Origin: Epiperipatus broadwayi
Lineage: Eukaryota; Animalia; Onychophora
Assembly (NCBI GenBank): GCA_028023455.1
Contig: JAQFVV010000009.1
Coordinates: forward strand, 8,494,001 to 8,558,000
DNA length: 64,000 nt
Direction: 5' to 3'
Shown: positions 38,663-52,790 of the stretch, piece by piece
How the letters are laid out: every line of letters starts with the position of its first letter
Numbering within the stretch: position 1 is the stretch's first letter
Notes under the pieces: generated by a model
Told to the model about the DNA's origin: nothing
The model's input: the letters and a program-made list of their open reading frames with translations, nothing else
The model's database searches: none
Program-made: the position numbers and the translations under genes

Positions 38663-41600
38663 TTTTTTTTTTTTAATAATGATAAGCTTTATTTGTCTTA
38701 AAGGGTTACAAGAGTTTACATAGCATGGATTGCTGAGTTTACATGGGCAATCCGTAGTTGTAGATTTACATATATAAAAGTTGATTTATTATTTTACACC
38801 GGATTACATGAATTTTTACATACTGTGAATTAGTTACATGGTTTTACATAGTTTGGGTTGCTTTGGTTACATGAGTAATCTGTAGTTGTAGATTTACTTA
38901 TGTAAAAGTTTTTTTTTTTTTTTGATCAAATTTTGTTTATTTTAAATTCAAAGTAACAGTATATTTCTTTATTATAGGAAAAGTCTTATTTCCTATTTAA
39001 CAATAGGTATTTTCTATATTTTTTTTGTATTAAAATAATAATACTAATCATTTCCATGATAGAAGATATGAATTCAGGTATGAAAGGGATCCGCCTTAGG
39101 GAAGCAAATCAATTAGCTTCCATGTGGCATCGTAGATGTAGGAGGGGGCCAAATTGTGGTCCCTTTTCCGAATTTTTTCCATTTTGTCAATGTATAAATC
39201 AAGAGGGTGCTCCAGTACATGATTAAAGATTGAGCCAGCACAGGATGTACCATAACGAAAACAATAAGAATGTTGATGATGTATCTCTGGGATGGATAAA
39301 CACAGTATATTGTCAATGAGAGTAGATAAGGAAGGCGTTTTGTCATTTAATATGGCAGCTATAAAGTCTCTGTAGGGTTAAAGGGAAACACAGTAGCAGA
39401 GGAGGTGAAGAGAAGTTTCTTCTTTGAGGCATAGGGTGCAAGTGGAATCTATGTTTGAGCATCCTCGGCGATGTACAAGAAAATGTTTAGTAGGCAATGC
39501 GCTGAGGTTTATTTTCAACAGGAAGTCAAAGAATTTGGGTTCAAGGAACCATCGCTTAAATTTCTTGATTAACAGATGGTTGTTAAGCCAGAGGAGAGTT
39601 GATCCTGCAGAAACATCAGGATTAAGAATGTAGTATGCTTCCCAGAAATTGGATTTTCATTGAGGATGGCTTGTTAGAAAGAGTAGTAAATTTGGAGTTA
39701 AGAGATGTGAGAGTTGCCAGCCAACCTGTGTTAATAGGGCGGGGGGCTTGTCTGTGGGAGTGATCTCCTTAAATGGCAAGGAGTTGGGATACCGCAGGCA
39801 CATTCTGTAGACAGTTGTAGGAATGTTGAAATATAAATGTATCTATGGAATGTAGGGATAACCTATTGAACTTTGTGTGTTTCTGCAGGCTTCTCAAGCT
39901 GATGGTTGCATTTCTGCCCCCTCTAATTAGATCACTATACATCTTGTGTATCTTCCTGATGAAGACTGGTGAAATTGACCACTGGGGTGAAATAGGATAT
40001 TCTGGGGAATATTAGCATATTGATAATGGAGGACTTGGAGAACATGGACATATAAACTTTGGATACGGAAGATGTGATCTTCTGTGTAGATTGAAGTAGT
40101 TTATTTTGGACAGATCTCATGGCAGAGGCGGATTCAAATATAGGGAAGCCTAAGAAGTTCTGAGGCTTTGCCGCAAATTGGCCAGGAATTATCTTACCAG
40201 AATATAAATACCAGGCAGACAACTTGGCTATATTAAATTGGAGGCCAGTTTGATCCGAGAACTCTCTAAGTACTGAAAGAAGTCTGGTGATTAGTTTTTT
40301 TGAAGAAAAACGGCCAAGTCATCCATATAAGTGATGTGATAAATTTATGTATTTAATGTTGGTATATGGATGCCAGGAAGAAAACTCTCAATTTGAAGAA
40401 GCAGAGGGTTGAGCTAAGTGATGAAAAACGGTGCTGAGAGGAGAGCCCTGTGGAATGGAGGATGTGGTGGAGAAAAGAGGGAAAGCTTCCCATTCAGCGA
40501 GATTCTCACGTCATGATTGTAGTGGTTCCTAATAATATTGATGATTCCAGGAGAGATGTCATGTTCGTCAAGTAAGGTTAAATGGGTATTGATTTGGATA
40601 GAATCAAAGGCAGTGGTGTTGTCGAGCTGCACAACCACCGGTCTATATTGCCTGGAGGATCTGATGTGTTCAATACTGATTTTAAATAAATTGATGGCAT
40701 TTGCAGTTGAGCTGCCCTTTTTCGCAAATTGGTATTGCGAAATAAAGGGAAGAATTTTGTTTTGAATTTTGTCCTTAATAATAGACTCAATGACCTTGAC
40801 CATCAGTGGGATCATAGAGATGGGCCGCAGATTCTCCAGAGAAGGAGACATCAGAGGTTTTTATCCTATAGAGATGGTGCCATTCTTATCAGTAGGAATC
40901 GAGGGATTGCATGTAGCCCCGGATGGGTGCATTCAGGCATCGAGGTTAATTTGGCCAAAATATCTCTTTCCGAAATGCCACTGTCAGAGGGTGTAGAATC
41001 CCAAGTTGAATCCTGTCTGTAGTCAGATGGAGGGGTAAAGAACTTTCCCCCGAAGTATGAAAAAATTTTGAGAAACATTTTAGATCCAGAATAAAGTTCA
41101 TTTTAAACAATAGTTGATGACAGTCTCTTGTCTCTATGGCCCAGAGCCCACCTAATGTAGCCTCTGGACCAACTGTGGGGATGACTCATCTGTCAAAATT
41201 AACTGCTTATTCTTGTATTGGGATTTCAGGTTAATGATGGATTCCACTGGGATTGTATTAAGGGGAAGATTTCTAGGGTGTTGTTGAGTGATTCAAGTTC
41301 CAAGAGGAGAGATGATGGCCCTTTATTATGTGAAGTATAGTTAGAGATTAGGGACATTAAAATGTGGACAAAGGAAAACCAGGCATCGACCAGTGGCAGA
41401 GAAAAAAATATGGATCTGGTGAAAATTTATGTATGCCTCAGAGACAATGGCTTCAGGCGTTGTGGACTTGAGAAGGATTCTCATGGTTGTGCTAAGTCTT
41501 GGAATATTGCATGAATCAAGATTTAGAGATAGTTCAAGGGATAATGCCAAATGGTCAAAAAAGGCTATAGGTTGGAGTGAGGGATCAATTAAAAATTGTA

Positions 41601-43914
41601 GATCGGAGTATAATAGATGAGGTCTATGAGAGAGATATACCTCCTAGTATAGAAGGCATTCAGAGGAAAGCAGCCTTCTCCACTCATAAAGGCGATGAAT
41701 ATATTTAGCAGTAAATTCCTGGTAGGAGGTGTTAAAGTCTCTGAGAAAAATGGTCAGGTAAGGGTTGGAGGCAAGTGTGATGTTGATCTGTTGGATGAGC
41801 AAATCATTTCAGTAAAGGTATATATATATATATATTATATTTAAAGTGAAAGCCTTGTGAAATAGGGTGGCAATAACTATGTGGGTTTATATAATTAATT
41901 TTAAAGGATTCAAATGGGCTACTATTGGAGATTAAGATCGCCACTCCAGCAGCAGATGAAGGAGAAACTCAGCGACGAAAGTAGCCAAGATTGCTAAAGA
42001 GGCTAAGGATTTTGGAGTTTGAAAAATGGTGTAATTTGGTCTCAGAGAGACACACAATATGTGGTGAGTATTGTTTATACCATTTGGTCAATGCATCCAC
42101 CCTATTTAGGGAATTCAGACCCCGTATATTAATTCCCGATATTTTGGCTTCATGTGGCTTTGCTTCCACAGAAAAATTGTAATGTTTTAATTAGCCAAGT
42201 GGTGGAAATTTGGAAATGATTAAATGAGCATTTAGCGTATATGTATTCACACCCTCAGCAATTACTGGTCCTGTTAAGAGGACAGATACTAGCTTTCACC
42301 CCTGATGGTCTGGATCGCAGGCCATCCATGAAAGATACTCCAGCACTAGGCTCTTGAGGATTCACAGTCTGGCTAGTGGTCCCATCCCTAGACTCTTTGT
42401 AAAGCAGGCCATCAGTGGAATTAGGTTCAGTACTTGGTGTTTTGAAGACCTTAGGTAGCCGCAATTTATTATTCTTAATTGGAACAGGGGTTTGAGGTTT
42501 GTTTAGATCTTATTGGGTGATTCACAATTGTTTCCTTGGCTATCTTCTTTAGGAATAGGCTTAAGTTTTTTTCCTTTGTTGCTGGGAGACAAGGTGTTCT
42601 GTGTCTGAGGAGCTAATGCTATTGCTGCTTGTATTTTTGGAGCATGTTTTGCTCAGTAAAGATTTGGTATCTGTGTTTGGTTCCTTTGCCTTCCTTTTTG
42701 TGGACAAAGGCAACTGGGGTGTCTCCTCTATGACTGAAGATGCAGACCCAAAAGACTCATCCAATGCACATACAGAGAGTGCAGGCAATGGTAAAGAGTT
42801 AGGGGCAACCCCGTCCACAGGAGTCGATAGAGGGTAGGTGGAATTTTCCATTGCTTCAGATGCTGTAAGGTCAGGCTTGGAAATGGGTGTATCTACCATC
42901 TGCGCCGCTGGAGCAGAGTTACAGTGGTCTGTTCTGTTTTTAGACCTTTTGCAAATATGGCAGATTCTGGCCGGGTAGTCCCTCACCAAATGGCTTCTCT
43001 GGTGGAAGAAAAAACACTGCGGAGGAATGCCACGGAAAGTGATGACAAGAGGGGAAGTGTCCACATAGTAGAGTAGGAATTCCATTTGGGTTTGGAGAAA
43101 GTTCAAAGAAGGCAGTATTAGTAAAAACTGGAAAGTCTATCACCTAAATCATTTGATATCCAAAATTTGAGACCCTGTCATAGGGATTAAGCAGTTGCTG
43201 CAAATCATTTTCTTTTAAATTTAAGATAACCAATTCTTGAATTTGCCTGACAAGATTGTATGACGATTCATGTTAATATGGCAAATACTTTTCCAATCAA
43301 GATATTTGAAAGTTTTCTGGTTTCTGAGTGAGGTTGTTAAATTCAATTATTATGTAACGATTATTAGGACGTAGCAGAATTTTATGAATCAGGTTCCATA
43401 GTTTCTTCCTAGTTATAATATAGCTCATTGATCGGAAATTTATATAGATCACATGAAGGGTTGGTGACAGCCAAGATTGAGGTGTTTTCACTATGGAAGT
43501 TAAGAATGGATTTATACAAATTGGGAAGGAATAGCATTATTAAATCTGTTTACTATCAAGTCAATGTCCGTTTGCTCCAAATTTAGATTAAAACTATTGG
43601 ATTGCTGTAGCTATCAGCAAAGTTCTCTTCAACCTCTTCATCAAATAAATTGAATAAATCTTAGTGCTTTTTTGAAGCCTCCCATGCCATAACGTTAAGC
43701 TCTCTAAGGCCTGCCTGTGTAACATTAGCATAAGAGGGCTTGCTATTAATTAGTATATTGGGTTGGTTTTGGAAAGGGGAGGCATTTAAATTGGAAGACA
43801 CTATGTTAGTTTTCCTATTTTTATCAATTTTATTATTAATATTTTGAGAAACATTAGAGATATGAGGAAAATTAAAAGAAAAATTACCGTTGCTATTTTC
43901 CAAACTTGGGAAAT
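38663..43914 (-). mobile_element. Near-full-length, decayed L1/Tx1-like LINE (ORF1 with CCHC knuckles; ORF2 APE + RT)
   Basis: ORF1: SYANV and CFF(F)HQRSHLVRD(Y)PARICHIC. APE: INIRGL..VCLSETK, GVAIL, DFNT. RT: LRPISMI, AFDSI, IPQGSPLS, YMDD (40318-40329), TGLQFNIAK, FLG. Poly(A) at 38663-38674 with AATAAA. TSD CACAATAG(C/T)AAC at 38651-38662 and 43915-43926. Confidence 0.88.
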
Positions 43915-43954
43915 CACAATAGTAACTTTCCCCATACAATATTATCACTTCGCA

Positions 43955-44120
43955 CAAGCTATAGTAATCAATGAATGCTAAAAAGTTAATGCAGAAATTT
44001 CCTATCTAGTGCCTATTTAGTCAATATCCCCAGAATAGTTTCTAGTTTATAGCTTCCATCTGTGAAGAACCATGGATCTAGAGCCCAGCAAACATCTTTG
44101 GATCTAATGCATCACTCAGA
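43955..44120 (-). mobile_element. Hammerhead-family repeat, copy 4 (old, core decayed)
   Basis: AGTAATCAATGAATGC..CCTATCTAGTGCCTA..AATATCCCCAGAATAGTTTCTAG..GGATCTAATGCA aligns to copies 1-3. Confidence 0.7.
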
Positions 44121-47100
44121 GTAGTCATCATAATATTTTTAGTTAACTTTAAAGCTATGAACACAAACTGAAAACCTAAGGATGCTTTCAATCCAAGCTA
44201 ATTCACCTCTATAAAAGTGCTACTATGTTAACAAATTATGTAAACATAAGAAGAAATGGTGATCATTTATGTTATAATAGTTAAATGCAGATATTCATAT
44301 TCTATTCCACAATAAAATATTATTATATACAGAATTAGGTACTCTGAACATAATGCTCTTGAGAGTAAAGATTCTGTAGCTCTCGAGTCAAAAGCCTCTA
44401 TAAATGAAAATATAAATACTTTTGTTTTTTTATTTATATTTAAAACATTGCACAAATAGTCATTCATGTATTAACTAGATAATCGTGATCAACATCCCAT
44501 CTTTTTTCACTTGACATAAACTTTTATTTATTATTATTAAAAGCTACTTTTTCCTTCGTAACAATTTTGTGAAATGGCATTAATCATACTTTTGATAAAC
44601 ATCCAATATGGCCTCCTAAACTGATATCACTCTCGAATTTATTCATACCTTTTAAATATATTTATTTTATTAAGAGAAAAAATATTTCTTTATTCGAGAA
44701 GCACTTGCATTCTATATTCTACCTCAATTTTCTTATTCCATGATGTACATCAACATTTATTTAACCAAAATAAAAATCATTTTTCTTCTAATATATCCTA
44801 TTGGTGAATAGATGTTTTAATTTTTGCATGAATGAATTTAATTAACTAAACAAATAACTTTTAAAAAAAAATTGATCCATTACTTCCAATATACAAAAAT
44901 TATCATCCACACATATCATTTTCTTTACAAATATTGTTTATTCTACAAATCAAATTTTAACTATATACTATAATTTCAATGTTTTCAAAAGTTTCCATCA
45001 TATAATTTTTGAGATCTATTTCCAGTTATTCCTAATTGGAAATAGATTATATAGAGATTTATAAAATTATAAACACATAATAATTTCCTAAACATTTACA
45101 AATTCATACACATTTGTAATTTGTTTACAAAATGATGTTCATAACTAAATAAATCAACAATAACAATAATAAAAAAACAATTTAATCTTATAAATTTATA
45201 TCTTTAAAAAACATTTTTTTTTAAACACTGATTTTATTTTTATATAGTGACTTTCATTTCATTTTTACTTAATTTATTTGATGAAATAAATATAATAGTA
45301 TACAGTAAAATGAATATAGAAAAAAATCTACATTTGTTATTTTTAAGGATACAAATGTATAAGACTGAATTCTTTTTATTATTATCATATATATATAATA
45401 TTAGATATGAATGTAAATAAAATTGGCTGATGGAATAACAAGATTTTACAGAAAATGGTAATAATGAATATGTGATTAAAATTTTTTATATATAGATTTA
45501 ATTTACTATTACCCTAATCTTTTTTTTCTTAAATGTTTTTGTTCTCATAGGAAAATAATATGCTAGACAGATCTATATTATAACCACACCTTGTAGATGA
45601 TTATATTTGTGCAACTTTTTTTCCTATTACATTATAAATCATATTTACTTAAACTCCTATCCATATATTTCCCAAAACTACAGTTAATGTTTTTACACTT
45701 CAAATATTAAGTTATGGCAATGAAAAAAAAATCTTTATGTATGAATTAAAGATGGAAACTTGTTTATAGTACTCATGTTTAAGGCTTTCAGGCTGCTATA
45801 ATCAGATTACTGAATCTCAATCAAATCTTTTTTCTTTTTAATATAATTGCTACAAACATTATTAATTTTTACTATATTGAAATTTTTCATATTAATAAAT
45901 TATTTTTGTAATCCATTAAATGTATAATTTCCATAATTTAGAAAAAAAAAAAATTAAAATACTACACAGAATACTATATCTCTGCTTTTAACTAGTCAGA
46001 CTGCTTAACATCTAAAATTGTGATTTTTAATTTCATTTAATATATATATTATTTGTGCATATAAATTTAAAAAAAGTCTTTAAATAGTCCATTGTAATAA
46101 AATTCCTTCTAAAAAGTAGTGAAAAAAGAGGCACTGCTCTCCAGGCTTTTCAACTGCTTGATAATGAGGATCTTAGCAGTTTTCTATTATTTTATTCTCT
46201 AGCTAAAATTACTAAGTACTCACATACTAAGACTAAATTATTAACACAGTATTGATGACAAATTTTTATTCATGAAATAATAAAACCGTTATATTTCAAA
46301 TTAAGCAAATTATTTTTAATTGATAAAACTAAAACCTGTCCAAATGGAAACTTGTTCTAAATAAAAAAATACTAAGGAACTGTTCATTTCTGTTTTAACA
46401 GGTTTTTAATCTGTCCTTCATTAATAAAATGTTCAATGTAAACATTACAATTCAATGTTTAGTAATTACTTCAAATTTCCTGATAATTATTTATTATAAA
46501 TAAGAACAGTTGAAGAAACAAGCATTTGCATATGATTCTCACTGAAGTGTTGCCAGTCTTGCATTGCATATGACACGAGTTTACTGCTAAAAGAAAATAC
46601 AGGCATTAGTATATTTACCTTCAATAAGTTATAAATTCTACTTTCCCAAAATATTATATCACTGAACTTTTGTTTTATATATTGATTATTCATCTAATAA
46701 TAACAATTAAAGATATATTTGTTATTGCTATATCAGAAGCAATAAATAAAAGAGAGCTGTGTTTTTGGTATTAAAAATTCTTTGATTGTTCAGTCATTTG
46801 CAAAGTCCCCCCACAAATACCAGTAAACTTAATGAATTACTGACAATTTTAGCAATAAATTTTTTTTTGGTATTTACTAGTGAACTCATAATGGTACTTT
46901 TTTTTTTTTTTTACCAATAAATGTATTGATCTGGAAACCTCTAAAATCTCATATTGTTTCATTATGATTAAAGTTGTTTTTACGTAGTAAATAGGTTCCG
47001 AAAAATCCATATTAAAAAAGAAATAACCACATGAAAAAAACAGAAGATTGATTACAGATATGATAAACCAATTAATATAAATGAATGTGTGTAAACAAAT

Positions 47101-49058
47101 CATATGAAAATCTTTATGTGCTTACACAAATTTTTTATTTCATAAACATAAAAACATATATATATATGAAATAAATTGATATCTATAAAGAAAATAATGT
47201 CATCACTTTATGAACATAAAAATTGGACAAAAAAATATGATATACATATATAAGTAATAACTAGATTTTATTCACTGTCATATTCTATTGTGATTAATAA
47301 ACGAGAAAATGGAAAATTTTATCAGCAAAATTTAATGAAATATATTTTATTTCACTTTTTGAATTAAAATAAAAACATTTCTAATTTTTAACATCAAATA
47401 TACAAAAACTATTCAACTTTTCTGACTGCTTCACTCAATATGATGAAATAGGAATGCAATATTGACTATAGAACACACATTTACTTGAGTATGTATAACA
47501 CTCTTAAATGCAAATTCTATGATTTTTTTTTTTTTTAAATAAAAGTGATCTCCCAGTAAAGTAAATAGGAACATTTTTTTCTTAGAATTAAACCTAAGTG
47601 ATTTTAAAAAGGTAAATTTATCAGACCATGTTAGATCAAAATAAATTTTATAAAGAAAATCTCCCACCACACTCTGCTGTGTAATATCAAAATTATCTCC
47701 AAAAAAAAACTTCATAGAAAAAGAAAATTAGATACACTCTTAGTAGGGTTTTATTATAATTATTTACTTATAGTCATCTTCTATATTAAAAAATTGTAAC
47801 TTAAATCATACAAAAAATGACAATATCATTGTAACAAAAACTAATACATTAAATAATAAAAATAATTTTAAACTAAATAAACTTACAATATTTATTATAA
47901 AATAACGTATTAAAAGATATGCTTGATAAAATAAGTGTTTCTCATTAGATTATTAAGCTGTCACTTGAAATTGAATATTTAATAATATAGCATTCACTAT
48001 TCCAGTAACTTTCACTTTTTTCTTATATATTCTTGTTTTTATATTTTTCAATTATCACTATTTTTCTTTTTAGAACATAATTTCAGGCTATTCTTATTTC
48101 TTAATAAAGTCAAATCAATTTCAGGAAAGTTTATATTCTCTTTATATTATTGTATCATTTACAGTTTTTTTTTTTTTTAAAGATATTCTGTAGTAATAGA
48201 ATTCTCTCAATTTTAAAAGAATGTCCTTAATTTTTTTTGGATTGCACTGCCATATTTGATATTTTATTATCTTGACACATGACAACTAATTACTCCTTAC
48301 TTTATAGGATGAAAAAAGCATTTCTTACAATAATCAGACATTATATATTCTATTTCTTTCCAGAATAAAGATTCTTCAAAACTTAATGAAATTATGTAAT
48401 TAACATCTAAATGTATAAGCATAAAATATTCCTTACAATCACATTATTTCTTATATATTTAAAACTATAAATTTACACAAATATTAAATGTAAATATATA
48501 TAGTAAATATAATAACTATTAACTTTAGCTTTGCTTATAATATACATTTATAATAAGCTTTTGTACATAATATCAAAACACTTTTTTATGGATATAACAT
48601 CTTTATGATAAAAAAAATAAAAATTTTCCAATTAGTTTTTTTATTATTAAATAATAATATTTAACTTTAATATTTACTAAATCTACAATTACAATTTTTT
48701 TTTTCCTTTGCTTTCTTCTTGCAATATTCAAACTAATTTTTTAATGATATTTAATACTAATAGACTTTTTTTTTGAAATAAAATGTATTTAATCTTCAAC
48801 TGCTAAGCGCAATATCCCATACTGGCATGTGTTTGTCGGCTATTAATTTAAAATATAATCCCATCGGGTTGTGTGCACTTGTCCTGTGTGGTTTAGTTTT
48901 CAGTACTATATATTTAATGCAAGCAGCATCTGATACTAGCACATAGTATTGGTGTAATAAATTTAAGCTTATATTGAATTTTAATCATAAGATAAATGTT
49001 AGTTTTCTTTGTAAAATATTTGCATTTGTAATTTTTTTGATAGTAGATTGTTATAAAA

Positions 49059-49550
49059 ATGTTGCAGAGTGCTAGCCCTTTAAAAATGAACTTGCTGGGT
49101 CTTAGATTTAAGAAATGGTATAAACAACTTCTAGATGATAATGATGAACTAAAGAGTGACAAAAAAGATGTTTATGAGAGATATAAGATGATAATATCAA
49201 TTCTGCAATTTCAAAATCTAAAGATGATGAACAACCAGAAGATTATGTTGAAATAGAAAAATATGAAAATAAAATAAAATCATTAAGAAAGAGTGAAATG
49301 CTTTTAAATGCTCTACAAAACCAACTGGTAACAAATGTTACAAGAAGGATCAATATAGTTTTCTCCTTACCTGAATTAAGAGATCCTGCTAAATAATTGG
49401 AAAATGCTCTTCTAGCAGAAGATGTATGGAATTTGCTATTTACTGAAATTATATTAAACCAACAATTCAATTGTACCAATATAAAAATTTCAGCTGTGCT
49501 CAAAAAATATAGACAAAAATCATCCTTGCCACAAAGATATTGATATGTTG
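49059..49550 (+). pseudogene. Decayed coding-like sequence of unknown origin
   Basis: A 65-codon ORF overlaps a ~70-codon open frame (DNINSAISKSKDDEQPEDYVEIEKYENKIK..RDPAK*) that continues ~45 codons after one stop. No family recognised. Confidence 0.3.
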
Positions 49551-51399
49551 GAATCTAGGGTATTTATTGAGCCAATGTTTTGTATAGAAATCTTCAAATC
49601 TGGTAATAAAAACTTGAATTCTCTGTTCAGCACATATGGAATTAATCAGGATATTTTTCCTTGCACCTCTGCTGTCTATGATTTGATGACTTTTATTAGG
49701 GAAAAGAGGAAATAATAGTTACTGTGCAATAGTAATTAATTATTTATTTGAAATATTTATAGCTACTGATAATTATTAAACCAATGTCTCACTTGGCAAT
49801 TATATCACAGTAGATAAAGTTTCATGAGATTTAAAAACTGTTGTTCATTCAAATAGTATATGTCAAATACACCATCAAAATATAAAATAAAAATTAAGTA
49901 TTTGGCAGATTTCAGAAACAATTATTTTTATAATGCCTATATTTAGACTGGAAACAATCTTGATAATAAAATCTTATTTCCAGAAAAAAAAAAAAATCAA
50001 TTCCCATACATTAAATTATCAGATTAATGAAATTAATAGAAAAAAGCAATATACACATAACAGGACACAACTGGTAAATATCTGTAGAACTTGTTCAACA
50101 GTTGGAAAGTGGAGAATATACTTTGGAAACTCTGAAGAAAATAAAAGGTACAAATTATTTTCTTTTTTACTCCACAAAAATAAAAAAAGTCAGTAGTAAT
50201 ATTTATGAATTTATTGGAGTATTGCTTTATATTCTGAAGAAATCCAAAGGGGTAATGATGATCTCTGATTCATAATTCTGCAAGCATTGATGTTAAAACT
50301 GAAAAACCACAGACAATAGCCAATTACAATTTACCAAATCATGAAATCAATAGTTTATAGATAGAAAATGTACAAATTGTTCACCTGATAAAAGAATAAG
50401 GCAATGGCCTGTGGTAATTTTCTTTGCAATAATAAATATATGTGGAGTAAATATAGATATATATATATATATCACTCAACACTGCAAAGAAAGTCAAAAC
50501 AATCAGTTTTTAAAAGAACTGTCAAAAATGTAGCTACACCTCGCTGGCAAAGAAGTTATGAAGCATTTATATCTAGTAGGCTGAAGATTTATCTAATAGT
50601 ATTAGTTGCATATTTGAAAAACAAGGAAAACAAAGAAAGCCATTAGATGAGCATTTACAGATGAAAAAAACATTATGACTGTCAGAGCGCATTAAAAAAA
50701 AAATTTACACATTGTTGGAAATGTCTTAAACCCACTTGTTTCAAACATCTTTAAAAATTGTGCAATTAAAGTTTAACAATAATAAATAAAAAAATTTAAT
50801 ATCATAAATTAACATTTTTAGAAATTCCTTTTATAAAACATAAAGTTAGTTTTTTATTAATAATATTATATACAACCTCAAAAACAACTTTTATTGAATG
50901 CTACCTAATTAATTCCTTGACTGTATGTGACACCAGCACATAAGTTCTGTGGAATTTTTATAGTGACAGTAACAGTTGAGGGTTAATCATGTAAAAGAAA
51001 AAATTAATTATTCATACTTATTTTTTAATTGTTATTTTCTAGGGAAAAATTTAAATCATATAGTTCAAAATGACAAATTAAGGAAAGAAAAAAAAACACC
51101 TACTGATCACATCAAGCAGGATACTGTATTAATTTATTTATCGTGCAATATTATTAATTTGGAACTTTTGGTATCCTATCTTTAATGCATTGATAATTTT
51201 TGCTAGATTAAATGAAAGCATAATGAAAACTCACCAATACATCTTTTACTCCAAGTCTTTAAGCGTATTTTTATATTTTAACATATACACTATATATGGG
51301 TGTATTTTTTTTTTAAAAAAAAATGTAAAAGTGTACCAGAAATATATAGAATATAATGTATACTATTTTTGGAAAAAGTCTTTAAAATCTGCTTTTAGT

Positions 51400-52790
51400 A
51401 GTTCAAAAAAAGCAACAGGTTTTAGACTTTTCATTTTTAAACAAACATAAAAGTAGAAATAAAATTGAGAAGTCATTTTAAAAAACAAAATAAGTCTTAA
51501 AGATATAAATTTTTATCTTGGTATTAGGAAAAAAAATTATTTCAACAATATAAAAACATAGCATGGATAAAAACAGGAATGATATAATAAAATATGTGGG
51601 GAAAAGATCTACAGTGAAATTATATAGGACTAATGAATAGAAAATAAAACAATTTAAATAATATCAAATGTCATATATTCTAAATGAAGTTGTGATACAA
51701 GCCATTAAATCTGCAATTAATGGAAATGCTCAGAGAAATGATAAAATCATTATAAATATTATAAACGAAGTACATAAAGAAATGGAAAAATTACTAACAA
51801 AGGAAATGTCTTAAATACAAGATGCCATTGGAAGAATGTAAAAGTAATAGTGATATTTGAAAAGTAATATATTTACTAAGATTGTTACAAATCATCTACA
51901 AAAAAATTTGGATCCAAGTCAACTAAAACTAACAAGTTTAATTTAAAGTGATATGCATTATAGATTAAATCCAAATATTAAAGGAATGTTGCAGAAAAAA
52001 GACACTGAAAAAATGAAATGCCATTTTACAGATTATGACAAGTCATTCAAATCTGACAATTTCTTCTACAATTAAAGCTTTTGAAATATGACATATGCAA
52101 GATTTGTGATTATACTACATGGTAGCATCTCAAACTTTTTAAATTATTTTAAGGGAAGCATTCTGTGAATTAAAATTAAAAAGCAGAGGAAAATAAATAA
52201 ATGAAAATTACTTAAGTCAAATAAAGTTCACAGATATGTTTATTATTATAAATAAAACTTCATAACTACAGAAAATACTATTAAAGCTATCAAATAAGAG
52301 CAAAAGTAATTAATAATAAAATGCTAAAGGTTAAAATAATATTTGATGAATTTTCAAAAACAGGAAAAATAAAAACTAAATTAGAAGAAATTAAAAATTA
52401 AAATATCTTAGTAAAATTTTAACATAGATAAAAACAGCGGATGAAATCAATCGCAGAATTAAACTTGAATATAACTTTTGATAAAAATAATTTAATATTA
52501 AAAGAATATTTTGGCTATCTATGAGAGATTTTTGCTAAATATATTCTGTATGAAGATCCATTATTTGGATGCATAACTAATATAGAAATTGCATATTAAG
52601 ATAACAATAAGGAATTAAAAGTGAAGTAAATAGGTGATTGACCCAAAAAATAAAATCACTGCCATCATTGATTGAATAAATAGGATGAAAAGGAATTGAA
52701 CTAGATATGTTGAAGCTCTATATTGGATCCCAAAAGATGTTTAAAAGGCAAAAGGAGGCTGAATGCGAGATGAATAGAGAAGAAAAATTG
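51400..52790 (+). mobile_element. Ancient RTE-like LINE relic
   Basis: ILNEVVIQAIKSAINGNAQRNDKI, FTDYDKSFKS and DEINRRIKL appear in the same order as in the younger RTE copies. Confidence 0.6.

Noticed and set aside
409-51450. Numerous 60-95 aa F/I/K/Y/N-rich ORFs (e.g. 409, 21213, 34161, 46849, 47431, 51190)
   Set aside because: Composition is that of random AT-rich DNA; no motifs or splice support.
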